64,000 bases of DNA from Opitutales bacterium (GTDB lineage Bacteria > Verrucomicrobiota > Verrucomicrobiia > Opitutales > JABSRG01): assembly GCA_049599475.1 (NCBI GenBank), contig JBMYOQ010000001.1:32001-96000 (forward strand), in the 5' to 3' direction. The notes under the pieces were generated by a model. It saw only the letters and a program-made list of their open reading frames with translations, was not told the DNA's origin and made no database searches. Below are positions 48,840 to 59,418 of this stretch, piece after piece (the first letter of the stretch is position 1; each line of letters starts with the position of its first letter). The position numbers and the translations under genes were made by a program.

Positions 48840-49903
48840 GATTGGGCGGAGTTGCTGGCGTTACCCATGTTTTGCATTTCAGAAATAATACGCGAGATGC
48901 CTTTTCCATCTACGGCATTCAGACTGCGCTGAGAAATGGCTAGGAGCTTGTCGGAATCTTGAGCCCAGGACTCAATGAAAGTAGAGAATGCACCTGTTTC
49001 AAACTCCTCGATGGGTCCAAAGTAAGCGCACGCCTTGTAGTGCCTGGCGTAGGCCATGGCATTTCGGGTCTGGTTTTGCACTAAACTAATAGCGATGGTG
49101 GGGACGCCCTGTTGGAGCAGTTCCTGCAGAGTCGTTCCCGCGCCGGAGATCGCGATGTCGGCCCAACCCATGTGACCGACAATGTCATTTACATGTTCGA
49201 ATACCTCGATGTGGTGGTCGGTCTCCTGGGATGCGAGCTCCTTGAGGGTCTCTAAGTTTGGATTAAGCGATCCTGCTATCACCCTTACATTGAAGGCCCA
49301 AGGCACGGTGGATGAAAGAATGCTTTTTAGGATCAAGACGGAAGCGCAATGGGGATCGGCTCCTCCGGTCGTGATTAGCAGATTTTCTGGAGGCAATTTT
49401 ATCTCTTTGCTACGGATATCACTGATGCGAAACTCTTGCCTTAGGATGGCATACTCGGGGCCGAGGAGAAGCTTGCACGTGTCCTTCCGGCTGGAATACA
49501 TCGTCTCGGACGCATTTGCGTTTTGGTTAATTAATAGGTCGGAGACGTTTTGTTGGCAGTGGCCGTAATCGTCGATTGAAGCCAATTTGAATCCGCCCTC
49601 GCTTAAAATGCGTTGATAGGTATCTCCAAAGTGGTGGCCATCCACTATAACCCAATCGACAATTTTGTCTGATGCATAGTCTCTAAGAACCTTGGCATCG
49701 TCGATAAAACCAGGGATTTTTTCGATGTGCTGGATTTGGATGTCTAGATGCCTCCAGCGTTGTAACAGTTTTTCATTACACTCAGAGTATAAAAAATGCA
49801 GTTCGAAGTCCGCAGCTGTCATTGACTCGGCTAGGGCGAGTGTGCGCATGACGTGACCCGTTCCAATGTGTTCATTGGCGTCTGCTCGTATCGCGATCTT
49901 CAT
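48836..49903 (-). CDS. pseG: UDP-2,4-diacetamido-2,4,6-trideoxy-beta-L-altropyranose hydrolase
   Basis: MKIAIRADA..IGTGHVMR, GGADP, NQ motif. Confidence 0.85.
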   Translation of the reverse strand: MKIAIRADANEHIGTGHVMRTLALAESMTAADFELHFLYSECNEKLLQRWRHLDIQIQHIEKIPGFIDDAKVLRDYASDKIVDWVIVDGHHFGDTYQRILSEGGFKLASIDDYGHCQQNVSDLLINQNANASETMYSSRKDTCKLLLGPEYAILRQEFRISDIRSKEIKLPPENLLITTGGADPHCASVLILKSILSSTVPWAFNVRVIAGSLNPNLETLKELASQETDHHIEVFEHVNDIVGHMGWADIAISGAGTTLQELLQQGVPTIAISLVQNQTRNAMAYARHYKACAYFGPIEEFETGAFSTFIESWAQDSDKLLAISQRSLNAVDGKGISRIISEMQNMGNASNSAQS

Positions 49904-51075
49904 ATGCGTGTATCTAATGATTTTCGCGCCGTCGAGTTGAGGCAATCTACGGAATAGTGGAGCTCCTCCTTGGTAAGGCCAGGGTGGCAGGGAATTGAAA
50001 TTGCACGTCGAGCCCAGGAGTCTGCGCCAGGGAAACTGCTGTTATCACTAAATGGTTTAAAAATGGGGTGCCGGTTGAGCGGTATGTAGTGTTGGTTTAC
50101 GTACAGACCTTGGGCGCGTAGGGCTTCGAATATAGATTTGTAGGTCTCCTCGGAGGTGTTAGGAGGAAGCTGGGCCACACAGAGGTGCCAGGAACTCTTG
50201 CAGTCTTGATGTTCGGAAACCAGAGACCAAAGGCTGGGGTCGAGCTTTGCTGTGTAGTATTGATGGATCTCTCGACGTTTATCGACGAAGCTGTCTAGGC
50301 GCTTCAGTTGATTGAGGCCCAGAGCTGCGTGGATGTCGGACAAGCGGTAGTTGTAGCCGAGCTCCTGGACTTCATAATACCAGGGGCCCATATGGGTGGT
50401 GTCATTCTTCCATTCTGCTGGGTCCCGAGAGATTCCGTGTTCGCGGAACTTTCGGGCGTAGGTGGCGAGGTCCGCATTGTTCGTGACGAGCAGGCCGCCT
50501 TCCCCAGATGTGATCATCTTTACTGGATGAAGGCTAAACACCGCGGCAGTAGAGTATCGGCAATTTCCGACAGGCTCCGATCGGTATTGTGCTCCAAGTG
50601 CGTGGGATGCATCCTCAAGGATGGAAAAACCATACTGCTCGGATAGGCCCTTCAACGCGTGCATATCGGGACAAGCTCCAGCTAGGTGTACCGGGATAAC
50701 TATCTTAGGTGGGCCTTGTTTCTTGCAAAGCTCGTCGAGTGCCTTGAGGTCCATTAGGCCGGTGTCTGGGTCTACATCGCAGAAACGTACCGAGGCTCCG
50801 CAATGGAGGCCGCAACTGGCTGAGGCGGCGAAGGTCACACAGGATGTTGCAAACCAATCGTCCTTACCCAGTCTTAACCCCATGCAGGCTGCGTGTAGTG
50901 CGGTACTCGCATTGGAAAAGGCGACGGCATGGTCGACCTGGCAATAGGCCGCAATGGCTTCTTCGAAATTCTTAACGGTAGGCCCCTGGGTCAACCAGTC
51001 GGAACGAAGAACGTGACTGACTGCCTCGATATCGCTCTCGTCTATAGACTGGCGACTGTAGGGGATCCGCATCAT
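49900..51075 (-). CDS. pseC: UDP-4-amino-4,6-dideoxy-N-acetyl-beta-L-altrosamine transaminase
   Basis: IPYSRQ, LTQGP, EDASHA, SLHPVK, GEGG. Confidence 0.88.
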   Translation of the reverse strand: MMRIPYSRQSIDESDIEAVSHVLRSDWLTQGPTVKNFEEAIAAYCQVDHAVAFSNASTALHAACMGLRLGKDDWFATSCVTFAASASCGLHCGASVRFCDVDPDTGLMDLKALDELCKKQGPPKIVIPVHLAGACPDMHALKGLSEQYGFSILEDASHALGAQYRSEPVGNCRYSTAAVFSLHPVKMITSGEGGLLVTNNADLATYARKFREHGISRDPAEWKNDTTHMGPWYYEVQELGYNYRLSDIHAALGLNQLKRLDSFVDKRREIHQYYTAKLDPSLWSLVSEHQDCKSSWHLCVAQLPPNTSEETYKSIFEALRAQGLYVNQHYIPLNRHPIFKPFSDNSSFPGADSWARRAISIPCHPGLTKEELHYSVDCLNSTARKSLDTRI

Positions 51076-52070
51076 GGACAACCGTTTGAGACGAGATCGC
51101 GAATCTCTTCAATCCCTAAAAAGTGTGGATTAGCATCAGAGCTATACTCGAAATCGTAGTCGCATTCGGTTCCGATCTCACCCAGTGCGTTCTCCGCAAA
51201 GGTGGGTTCGTGATTGAGGGCGATAGTCGGTTGGATCACATAATGGGTGTCGAACTCTAGGGTGCGGTGCGCGATATCCCGTGGGCACATCAGCTCATGG
51301 AGTTTTTCGCCCGGACGTATCCCGATGTTTTTGATGGGAATGTCGGGAGCCATCGCTTTGGCCAAGTCGACAATCTTTACGCTAGGAATTTTCGGGACGA
51401 AAATTTCGCCACCGAACATCCGCTTCATCGACTCGACTACGAAATCGATACCCTGGTCTAAGGTGATCCAGAAGCGCGTCATGCGCTCGTCAGTGATCGG
51501 GATGTGGTCTGTTTTCTCCTCGATGAGCTTCTTAAAGAAAGGGACGACGGATCCGCGGGAACCCATGACATTCCCATAGCGCACTACGGAAAAACGGGTG
51601 CGATGATTGCCAGCAAAGTTGTTAGCAGCGACGAAGAGTTTGTCGCTCGCAAGTTTGGTCGCGCCGTAAAGGTTAATGGGATTTGCGGCCTTATCGGTGG
51701 AAAGGGCAATGACGCGCTCTACATCGTTTGCCAGGGCTGCGCGGATTACGTTTTCTGCACCATGGATGTTCGTCTTGATACATTCCATCGGATTATACTC
51801 CGCGGCAGGGACTTGTTTCATCGCCGCAGCATGGATCACAATATCCACATTGCGGGTGGCTTCCTTCATTCTTTGAGGGTCGCGCACGTCGCCAATGAAG
51901 TAGCGCATGATTTTGCCATCGATGTGCTGTGCCATTTCGAACTGCTTCAACTCGTCTCGACTGAAGATGACTACGCGTCGCGGCGAGTACTTCGAAAGCA
52001 AGGTCCGTGTGAACCGCTGGCCAAAGGACCCGGTTCCTCCGGTAATGAGGATTGATTTACCGTCAAACAC
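51072..52070 (-). CDS. pseB: UDP-N-acetylglucosamine 4,6-dehydratase (inverting)
   Basis: GTG start at 52070; ITGGTGSFG, SRDELKQ, LSTDKA, YGATK, RPGEKLHE. Confidence 0.93.
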   Translation of the reverse strand: MFDGKSILITGGTGSFGQRFTRTLLSKYSPRRVVIFSRDELKQFEMAQHIDGKIMRYFIGDVRDPQRMKEATRNVDIVIHAAAMKQVPAAEYNPMECIKTNIHGAENVIRAALANDVERVIALSTDKAANPINLYGATKLASDKLFVAANNFAGNHRTRFSVVRYGNVMGSRGSVVPFFKKLIEEKTDHIPITDERMTRFWITLDQGIDFVVESMKRMFGGEIFVPKIPSVKIVDLAKAMAPDIPIKNIGIRPGEKLHELMCPRDIAHRTLEFDTHYVIQPTIALNHEPTFAENALGEIGTECDYDFEYSSDANPHFLGIEEIRDLVSNGCP

Positions 52071-52125
52071 TGTGAACCTGGATTGAAGATTGAGTTTCGG
52101 GTCTAGCCTTGAATGCTGCCATGGA

Positions 52126-52920
52126 ATGTCAGAAGTCTCCCGCACATTACCGAAGATCTTAATAACCAACGATGACGGTATTGAGAGCGTGTTATTAAGT
52201 GAAATGATCGCCCGTCTCGCAGGCAAGTTTAGGATTATTGTGGCCGCACCGGCGAATGAGCGCAGTTTTTGTGGTCGAAGCTTCACTTTTGGGCAGGATG
52301 TGGAGGTAAAAGAGGTGCAAGGCTGGCCCTGTCAGGCTTTCGCCGTGGATGGGACGCCTTCGGACTGTGTGAACATTGCGCTCGGGCATCTGTGCGGCGA
52401 TGAGCTGCCCGATCTCGTGCTGTCTGGACCAAATATTGGACGGAACACCAGCATCGGGTTCATATCAGGCTCGGGGACGGTTGCTGGTGCCCTCGAAGGC
52501 GCTTTTTGGGGAATACGAGCTCTTGCTGTTTCTCAAGGGTTCGAAAACAACGCTGTGGCGAATGAAATGAAGCGGTATGAATCGCTCCCAGAATCCTTTC
52601 AGCCGATCTTTGATCGAGGGCTCGACGTGGTGGAGATTGCAATTGAGCGTTGCATGAGTCGGGAGCCGACAAGGTTATGTGTCGACTCACTGAATCTGCC
52701 ATATCACTACGCCGACGGAGAAAATGAGATCCTCGACGTGCCACCGGTAGATTATGATTTTGGCTGCTTCTTCACGAAGACTGAAGACGGTAGATATACC
52801 TCAGGCGCGGGTAAACGGACGCGTATCACCGCTCCCGAAACGCTTACGGATATTGATTGTGTTTCCCAGGGAAAGGCTGCGTGGACTCGGCTTGATTTTT
52901 CGAGGATCTATACCTCCTAG
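52126..52920 (+). CDS. surE: 5'/3'-nucleotidase SurE
   Basis: ILITNDDG, GTPSDCV, SGPNIG, SGTVAGA. Confidence 0.9.
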   Translation: MSEVSRTLPKILITNDDGIESVLLSEMIARLAGKFRIIVAAPANERSFCGRSFTFGQDVEVKEVQGWPCQAFAVDGTPSDCVNIALGHLCGDELPDLVLSGPNIGRNTSIGFISGSGTVAGALEGAFWGIRALAVSQGFENNAVANEMKRYESLPESFQPIFDRGLDVVEIAIERCMSREPTRLCVDSLNLPYHYADGENEILDVPPVDYDFGCFFTKTEDGRYTSGAGKRTRITAPETLTDIDCVSQGKAAWTRLDFSRIYTS

Positions 52921-52921
52921 G

Positions 52922-53009
52922 TAGACCTATTCTCAAAATTATCTCCCCCTGCTACTCCGGTCCTTCGAAAGTGTAGATTTACCAGAATGAACGAAAAAAC
53001 TTTTGAGAA
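52922..53009. repeat. Short element with TTCTCAAAA/TTTTGAGAA inverted ends
   Basis: TAGACCTATTCTCAAAA closely matches the reverse complement of TTTTGAGAATTAGTCTA at 32591-32607. Confidence 0.55.
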
Positions 53010-53096
53010 ATCGCATGGGAGCCCCGAGCTGACGTAACCGTCAGGTATAAATGGTATTCCTCCCATCTTGAAATGGTCTGTATATCTCCGGCCCTG

Positions 53097-54425
53097 TTAT
53101 TGGCTTTTTGCGTCCGAGATTTGAACGCGTGTAAACAATCCGAGTGCCAAAATTCCGCATGCAAAACACGCAATGTATGAGGCCTGAGGGCTGAAAATAA
53201 AATATACGATACTACCGAGTATTGGACCCACGGCCCGCGCGAGGCTACCCGAAGATCGGAAAATGCCGAGATTGCGGCCCTGTTCGGTTTCCTTTGAAAT
53301 TAGGGAAACGAGACTAGAGACCGTTGGATTGATAAAGCTGATCCCAATGCCGATGATTGCCAGCGCGGTGTAAAACACGGCTTGAGAGCTCGAGCTGGCA
53401 CTTAAAATAAGGAAGCCCACCGCGCCCAGGAGCATGCCTGCTGTGGCCATTTTTCGATCACCGATCTTAGGCGCTAAGCGTCTTACTAGGCCGCCCTGGC
53501 TGAGAATGAGCACCATGCCGATGAAGACGAACATCATGCCGTTTTGCATCGGTGTATAGTCGAAGCTGTCTACGGCAAAGAAGGTCACGGTGAATTCCAT
53601 TCCCGAGAACGCGAACATGAACATGAAGTAGGCAAATATGAGCTTTGCGAGGGTAGCGTTTGAGGATTGTCCGAGTTTAAGAATCGGAGGGAGTGCAGAA
53701 CGTTGCGCATTTGACCGCTTTTCAGCGGGTAGGGTTTCGGGCAGCTTCAGGACAATCCATACCAGGCTAAGAGCTGAGCAGGCACAGGCGATGGTTGCCG
53801 GTCCGGAGAATGGGTTTAGACCCAGCCAGGTGCCAGGAGAGCTTTCGCCGATGATCCAGTTTGCGGTGAGGCCACCGATCGCCGGGCCGATGATGAATCC
53901 TAAGCCGAGCGCCACGCCTACGAGAGCCATACTCTTGGAGCGCTTCTCTGGGGCCGTGATATCTGCCACAATAGCCGTAGCGACTCCGACATTTCCTGCC
54001 ATGAGTCCGCTGAAAACGCGGGCGATTACGAGCATTTCGAAACGGGCACTAAAAATCCACAGAAGGTGACTGAGGGCCCAGCCGCCGACGGTCAGGATCA
54101 TGATCGGGCGGCGACCAAAACGGTCCGAAAGGGAGCCCCAGATCGGAGATGAGAAGAATTGTAGAAAGGCGTAGATCGATCCGAGGACGCCTCCAAAAAA
54201 GACGGTCGAGCGAAAGCTGTCATCGGGATCTCCGCTCCAGCTGGAAATCGCATCGTAAACGATATTTATGAGTCCGCCCGATTCTCCTTCGACAGCCAGG
54301 TAATGTTCGAGCATTGCCGGGAAGAGTGGGAAAATGATCGAAAATCCTGCCAAATCCATGAACAGGACAATAAACAGGATCGCGAGAGTGGACCTGTTCG
54401 AGTTTTCAGAGTCAGAGCGAGACAT
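53097..54425 (-). CDS. MFS transporter (TetA/DHA1-like)
   Basis: GSLSDRFGRRP, GFIIGPAIGG, SLARAVGP. Confidence 0.88.
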   Translation of the reverse strand: MSRSDSENSNRSTLAILFIVLFMDLAGFSIIFPLFPAMLEHYLAVEGESGGLINIVYDAISSWSGDPDDSFRSTVFFGGVLGSIYAFLQFFSSPIWGSLSDRFGRRPIMILTVGGWALSHLLWIFSARFEMLVIARVFSGLMAGNVGVATAIVADITAPEKRSKSMALVGVALGLGFIIGPAIGGLTANWIIGESSPGTWLGLNPFSGPATIACACSALSLVWIVLKLPETLPAEKRSNAQRSALPPILKLGQSSNATLAKLIFAYFMFMFAFSGMEFTVTFFAVDSFDYTPMQNGMMFVFIGMVLILSQGGLVRRLAPKIGDRKMATAGMLLGAVGFLILSASSSSQAVFYTALAIIGIGISFINPTVSSLVSLISKETEQGRNLGIFRSSGSLARAVGPILGSIVYFIFSPQASYIACFACGILALGLFTRVQISDAKSQ

Positions 54426-54433
54426 GTGGTGAG

Positions 54434-54916
54434 TTATGCGATGTTGTACCGCTTTTTCAAAGCTGCATGCACATTTGGCGGTACGAAGCGAGTGTCGCGG
54501 TCGGTATATTTGAAGACCTGTTTCACCAAAGTGCTGCTGGTGAAAAAGTATTCAGGGCTTGGCATGAGGAAGATCGTTTCGAGTTCATCGTCGAGATGGC
54601 GATTCATCTGAGCCATCTGGAACTCGTAGTCAAAATCGGAGACGGCGCGCATGCCGCGGACGAGCGCGACGGCTTCTTTGGACCGGGCGTAGTCTACTGC
54701 CAGGCCGTCAAAGGTTTCTAATTTGGCGTTTGGGATGTCTTGAATGTTTTCCTCGATGAGTTCGACGCGTTCTTCGGGAGAAAACAGAGGGCCCTTTTGA
54801 TTATTGGCCACGACGGCGATGATTACCTCGTCGAAAATACGGCACGCACGCGTTAGGACGTCGATATGTCCGTATGTTACTGGGTCGAAAGTTCCTGGAT
54901 AGATCGCGCGCTTCAT
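54434..54916 (-). CDS. coaD: Pantetheine-phosphate adenylyltransferase
   Basis: [29 protein letters not shown]. Confidence 0.95.
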   Translation of the reverse strand: MKRAIYPGTFDPVTYGHIDVLTRACRIFDEVIIAVVANNQKGPLFSPEERVELIEENIQDIPNAKLETFDGLAVDYARSKEAVALVRGMRAVSDFDYEFQMAQMNRHLDDELETIFLMPSPEYFFTSSTLVKQVFKYTDRDTRFVPPNVHAALKKRYNIA

Positions 54917-55101
54917 GAGAGGTTGGGCAGTTTCAGTGCGAAAAATGCGAAGGCCCGACAATCGGCACAGGCCCATAGCCTGTCAAGGAGTGAGAGGGCG
55001 AAAGGGAGGTCCTCACACTTTTTTGTAGAATCTTTCGACGGATTTTCATTCAAAACCCTTGTCGAGGGAACGATCTTTATACAGCTTCGGTCCCTTCCAA
55101 T

Positions 55102-55695
55102 ATGTGGACGCTTCCTAACATCCTCACACTTTCCCGGATCCCGCTTCTTTTTATAATAGTCGGGCTTCTCTTCATGGATGGGCGTGGACTGATGACGATA
55201 ACCTTTGGCCTCTTCATCTTCGGTTCGATCACCGATTGGCTGGATGGATATCTTGCGCGGAAGCTCAACCAGATCACGATCTTTGGGAAACTGATGGATG
55301 CTTTGGTGGACAAGGTGTTCGTCGTCGGAATGTTCGTGGGCATGCTGGCGTCTCCCAAGCCAGGTATGCCTGATTGGAGCGTCTATTGTGTTCTGCTGAT
55401 TCTTTGCCGTGAGTTTTTGATCACTGGACTGCGATTGGTCGCTGCCAGCAAGGGGCTTGTCCTGGCCGCAGAGAAAGCTGGGAAGTATAAGACTGCTTCT
55501 CAAATGGGAGCTATCGGAGCCCTACTGGCTGGAGAAGCTCTCCATTACGACTTTGGCTTGGCTACTAATTTGGTGGACAAAGTCTACTGGGCCGGGATCG
55601 GCCTATTTGTTACCGCGACTGTCCTCACCGTCGTTTCGGGTGCCATTTATTTGACCAAGTATTGGTCTGTTTTCGAAGACTCTACAGAATCATGA
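55102..55695 (+). CDS. pgsA: CDP-diacylglycerol--glycerol-3-phosphate 3-phosphatidyltransferase
   Basis: [37 protein letters not shown]. Confidence 0.92.
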   Translation: MWTLPNILTLSRIPLLFIIVGLLFMDGRGLMTITFGLFIFGSITDWLDGYLARKLNQITIFGKLMDALVDKVFVVGMFVGMLASPKPGMPDWSVYCVLLILCREFLITGLRLVAASKGLVLAAEKAGKYKTASQMGAIGALLAGEALHYDFGLATNLVDKVYWAGIGLFVTATVLTVVSGAIYLTKYWSVFEDSTES

Positions 55696-56231
55696 ATTGG
55701 TGGAAATTACGGGCCTCTTTCCTCTGGGTAAGACCGTTTCCCACCGATGTTGTGGTGGGGCTGAGCACGCTGGGGCCGATTGGTAAAAAACTGAAAGCGC
55801 CGGGAACCTGGGGCAGCGTCGCCGGACTCGTGCTGTATGCGGTCATTTTCTATCCGCTTCACCCGCTCGTAGGACTCCTTCTGAATTTGGGGCTAATCTA
55901 CCTCGCGATGGCTTTTACTGACGAGGCAGAGGAGCGACTCATGCAACGCGATCCGGGAATGATCATTCTCGATGAGATCGTGGCGGTGCCTTTGGTGTTT
56001 CTGGGACTTGGCGGCGTAGTCTACCAACTCGGCGGGTGGCCCGTATTGTTGACCGGTTTTGCGCTCTTTCGCCTCTTCGATATATGGAAACCAGGCCCGA
56101 TTGGACGCCTTCAGAACCTACCTGGCGGCATCGGATGTGTTATGGACGACGTAGCCGCAGGCATCGCGAGCTGTATCACACTCCATATCCTCTGGGCCGT
56201 CGGCTCGGCTATGGCCTGGTTTGAGGTTTAA
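55692..56231 (+). CDS. pgpA: Phosphatidylglycerophosphatase A
   Basis: [32 protein letters not shown]. Confidence 0.9.
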   Translation: MNWWKLRASFLWVRPFPTDVVVGLSTLGPIGKKLKAPGTWGSVAGLVLYAVIFYPLHPLVGLLLNLGLIYLAMAFTDEAEERLMQRDPGMIILDEIVAVPLVFLGLGGVVYQLGGWPVLLTGFALFRLFDIWKPGPIGRLQNLPGGIGCVMDDVAAGIASCITLHILWAVGSAMAWFEV

Positions 56232-56237
56232 TTCGGT

Positions 56238-56282
56238 TTCTCAAAAACGCTATTGGGTAGCCGCCGCTCTCCGAGCGGTGGA
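56238..56282 (+). repeat. TTCTCAAAA end followed by REP-like family B copy
   Basis: GGTAGCCGCCGCTCTCCGAGCGGTGGA at 56256-56282. Confidence 0.6.
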
Positions 56283-56351
56283 ACACTGGGGTCTCGATAA
56301 ACTTTCTGATCCAGAAAGTCACCCACGGCTCTACGGTGGGATTTTTTGATG

Positions 56352-57674
56352 CTACTGTAACGAGATCGAAGAGCTCACTTGCATGATCGAGGTGACCATC
56401 CCAAGGGCAACGAAGGCTACTACGGTGAAGGCGGCTGCCATCGCTCCTGAGGTGATGATCGTTGTCATCAGCTTCAGGGAACTGTCGAGTTCACGTCGGT
56501 AGCTTTTGTTTACCTCGCCGAGGCCGTGTACTAGGTTTCCTGTGTTTTCGCCGATGCTCAGAATGTCTAGGCTGAGGGCGTTGAATAGATCATTTCTGCG
56601 AAGGGCTGTCGAAATGCCTGCGCCTTCGTTGACCTCGGTCCGGACCGTTTTGAAACGTGTTGCCACGGAGGAGTTTTCAAGAGTTCTCTCGGAGAGGCGT
56701 AGCGTCTCTGTCATATTAATACCGCTCTCAACGAGCGTGCCCAGGAGGCTGGAAAGCTGGAAATAAATACTCGCTCGAATGATGGGGCCGACTAAGGGAA
56801 TCCTGAGAATCCAGGAGTCGGTTAATTTTCGTCCGGTTTCGGTGCGTCGCCACTGAAATAGCGCAATGATGCCGACAATGACTCCGATGACTACAAAGGG
56901 ACCTGTATTGATTGCGAGGTCGGAACCTCCGAGAAGGACGCGCATGAAAATATTGGGATCGCTCCCGAGGCCCTCGAGCATTCTTTGGATTCGCGGCAGT
57001 AGGAAAACAATTAGAAATATCGCGACCCCGACAGCCATACTGACGATAAAGCAGGGATAGGCGAGACCCCCGAGAACTTTGCTGCGGATGGCTTCGCGCT
57101 CTTCCAGATATTCGACAACGTTTTCCAAGATCGGGGCGAGCTTGCCGGTCGCTTCGCCGGCTTCAATCATTCGGATTACGACTTGAGGAAATAGATCTGG
57201 CCGTTGCGAGAGGGCCTCGTGGAGCGGGCGGCCTTCAGAGAGCTCTCGCCAGAGCTGTCCAGCGACCATTTTGAGGGCCGGATCTGATAGACGCTGCTGC
57301 ATTAAACGCACGCAATCGCCGATTGGCATACCGCTCTTGTGGAGCTCAAGCATGCGCTTTAGGAAATTTGTGCCCATTTTCAGGGTACCCTTTTTGTTCG
57401 CCTTTGAGCGTGTCGGGAATTTTAGGGAGAACTGTCTTTTGCTGAGAGGTGTCTTATTGACGGGCTCGTTCTCTTCGCCACTGGCCAATGGGGATTCTCC
57501 GCTCTTGGCTCCTTTGGAGGCGTGTGCTCCTGAGGCCGCTGCGTCCTTTAATGAAAGCGGCTTCAGTTTCTTTGCAATCAGCTTACGTTGGGCCGCCTTA
57601 CGGTCGTTTGCTTCGATGGATCCGCGGGTGCGTTTTCCACTAGAATTCAAAGCACTGTAGTTAAATGTCGGCAT
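56352..57674 (-). CDS. gspF: Type II secretion inner-membrane platform protein
   Basis: AGEATGKL, YP, GENTGNL; duplicated GspF/PilC domains. Confidence 0.88.
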   Translation of the reverse strand: MPTFNYSALNSSGKRTRGSIEANDRKAAQRKLIAKKLKPLSLKDAAASGAHASKGAKSGESPLASGEENEPVNKTPLSKRQFSLKFPTRSKANKKGTLKMGTNFLKRMLELHKSGMPIGDCVRLMQQRLSDPALKMVAGQLWRELSEGRPLHEALSQRPDLFPQVVIRMIEAGEATGKLAPILENVVEYLEEREAIRSKVLGGLAYPCFIVSMAVGVAIFLIVFLLPRIQRMLEGLGSDPNIFMRVLLGGSDLAINTGPFVVIGVIVGIIALFQWRRTETGRKLTDSWILRIPLVGPIIRASIYFQLSSLLGTLVESGINMTETLRLSERTLENSSVATRFKTVRTEVNEGAGISTALRRNDLFNALSLDILSIGENTGNLVHGLGEVNKSYRRELDSSLKLMTTIITSGAMAAAFTVVAFVALGMVTSIMQVSSSISLQ

Positions 57675-57693
57675 GTTCGAATGAGGAACCCTT

Positions 57694-59409
57694 CTAGAGG
57701 ATCTCGGATTCTTCCTCTTCTAAGATGTCCGCGAAGCGCATGACTTCATCGAGAGTGGTGAGGCCGCGTTTTGCTTGTTCCCAACCGCAGCGCTGTAGGG
57801 AACGCATGCCTTCTTCAAGGGCTGCATCCCGGATACTGCGCGCAGACGCTCTGTCTACAATCAGTTCATGTATCTTTTCTGTGATACGAAGAATCTCGAA
57901 AATGCCAACACGCCCTCGGTATCCGAGACCGCGGCATTGCTCGCACCCCTTTGCCTGTTTGATTGCATCTGCATTGCCCAATTCTGTGAGTGGAATATTT
58001 AAGGCCCGTAAACAGCTTTCGAGGTGGCCGACTTCGAAATTCGCGGGCTGTCGGCAGGTTTCGCAGAGGCGACGGACAAGTCTCTGGGCAATGATCATCT
58101 CAACCGCAGAGGCCACGAGGAAGGGCTCGATGTCCATATCAATCAAACGCGTGATTGCTCCCGGCGCGTCGTTGGTGTGTAGCGTGCTCAAAACCAAGTG
58201 ACCTGTAAGGGCCGCACGGATACCAATGTCGGCTGTCTCGCGGTCGCGAATCTCACCGACCATGATGACGTCAGGGTCTTGACGCAAAATGTGGCGTAGG
58301 GCAGAGGCAAAGTTTAGACCGATCTCAGAGTGAATCTGTGTTTGGTTGATGCCTGGGACTTCATACTCGATCGGGTCTTCAACCGTGATAATGCGTCGCT
58401 CAGGCTTATTGATTTTTCTTAGAAATGCCGTCAGCGATGTGGACTTACCGGAACCGGTAGGGCCGGTTACTAGAATAATGCCGTAGGGGCGATCCAAAGA
58501 GTGGGTGACCTTCTCCTCGTCTTCACCCAAGAAGCCCAGCTCGCGGATAGACAGAGGCTGGGATTTTACATTCAGAAGACGCAAACTCACGCTTTCCCCA
58601 TACATTGTAGGGAATGTAGAAATACGAATATCCAGCTCTGTGCGATCTGCGATGAAATTGATGCGACCGTCTTGCGGGCGGCGTTTCTCCGAGATATTCA
58701 AACGCGCCATGATTTTGAGGCGCGAAATAATGGCACTCTGAAAACGTACCAGATTATCTGGGACGCGGACAGGGACGAGTTGTCCGTCGATACGGTAGCG
58801 GATTTGTAGGGCTTCGCGCAGAGGCTCGAAATGAATGTCGGTAGCACGGTCGGTGAGCGCGCGCTGGATGACCTCGTTTACGAAACGGATGATAGCTGCA
58901 TTTTGGTCTTCGCTATCGTCTTCGAGGTCGGTGTCGTCTTCCGCAAGATCACTCTCGTCGAGCGAGCCAGATCCGATACCAAAGCGTTGAGTGATGGTAT
59001 TGCTGACGACTTCGGGATTGCCCAGATACCACTCTGGAATGCGGCCGCAGGTTGCGCGAATCCACTTATCCATTTGGGCGTTGGGAGGCCAAACTGTGAT
59101 GAGTTTCAACGGACCTGGGTCGCTTGCCTCCGATTCATCTGTTGCCAGAGGTAGGCATTGGTATTCATGGATGAGACGGGCGGGAATGATGGAGGCAGGA
59201 GCGGCGTCGGCATCGAATTTCTCGAGGTAGGGCATCTCGATTTTCTCGGCAAACTCCGAAGACAACTCGGCGAGGACGCGGTCGTGCTGGCGAGCGAGAA
59301 ATGGCAGGCGCTCATCGCGAGATAGCTCGGGCCAGATTTCTTTGGCTTCTTCGGCCAAGTCTGTCACCCAGGAAAGCTCCTCTGTATCGATGAATCGTTG
59401 TTTGCTCAT
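57694..59409 (-). CDS. gspE: Type II secretion ATPase
   Basis: [34 protein letters not shown], two CxxC. Confidence 0.92.
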   Translation of the reverse strand: MSKQRFIDTEELSWVTDLAEEAKEIWPELSRDERLPFLARQHDRVLAELSSEFAEKIEMPYLEKFDADAAPASIIPARLIHEYQCLPLATDESEASDPGPLKLITVWPPNAQMDKWIRATCGRIPEWYLGNPEVVSNTITQRFGIGSGSLDESDLAEDDTDLEDDSEDQNAAIIRFVNEVIQRALTDRATDIHFEPLREALQIRYRIDGQLVPVRVPDNLVRFQSAIISRLKIMARLNISEKRRPQDGRINFIADRTELDIRISTFPTMYGESVSLRLLNVKSQPLSIRELGFLGEDEEKVTHSLDRPYGIILVTGPTGSGKSTSLTAFLRKINKPERRIITVEDPIEYEVPGINQTQIHSEIGLNFASALRHILRQDPDVIMVGEIRDRETADIGIRAALTGHLVLSTLHTNDAPGAITRLIDMDIEPFLVASAVEMIIAQRLVRRLCETCRQPANFEVGHLESCLRALNIPLTELGNADAIKQAKGCEQCRGLGYRGRVGIFEILRITEKIHELIVDRASARSIRDAALEEGMRSLQRCGWEQAKRGLTTLDEVMRFADILEEEESEIL

Positions 59410-59418
59410 ATCGGTTAA

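Noticed and set aside
52071..52286. Long N-terminal extension of pseB in the ORF track (similar cases for ribE, pseG, coaD, GH92)
   Set aside because: Family-typical N-termini begin at downstream starts, and the pseB extension overlaps the divergent surE
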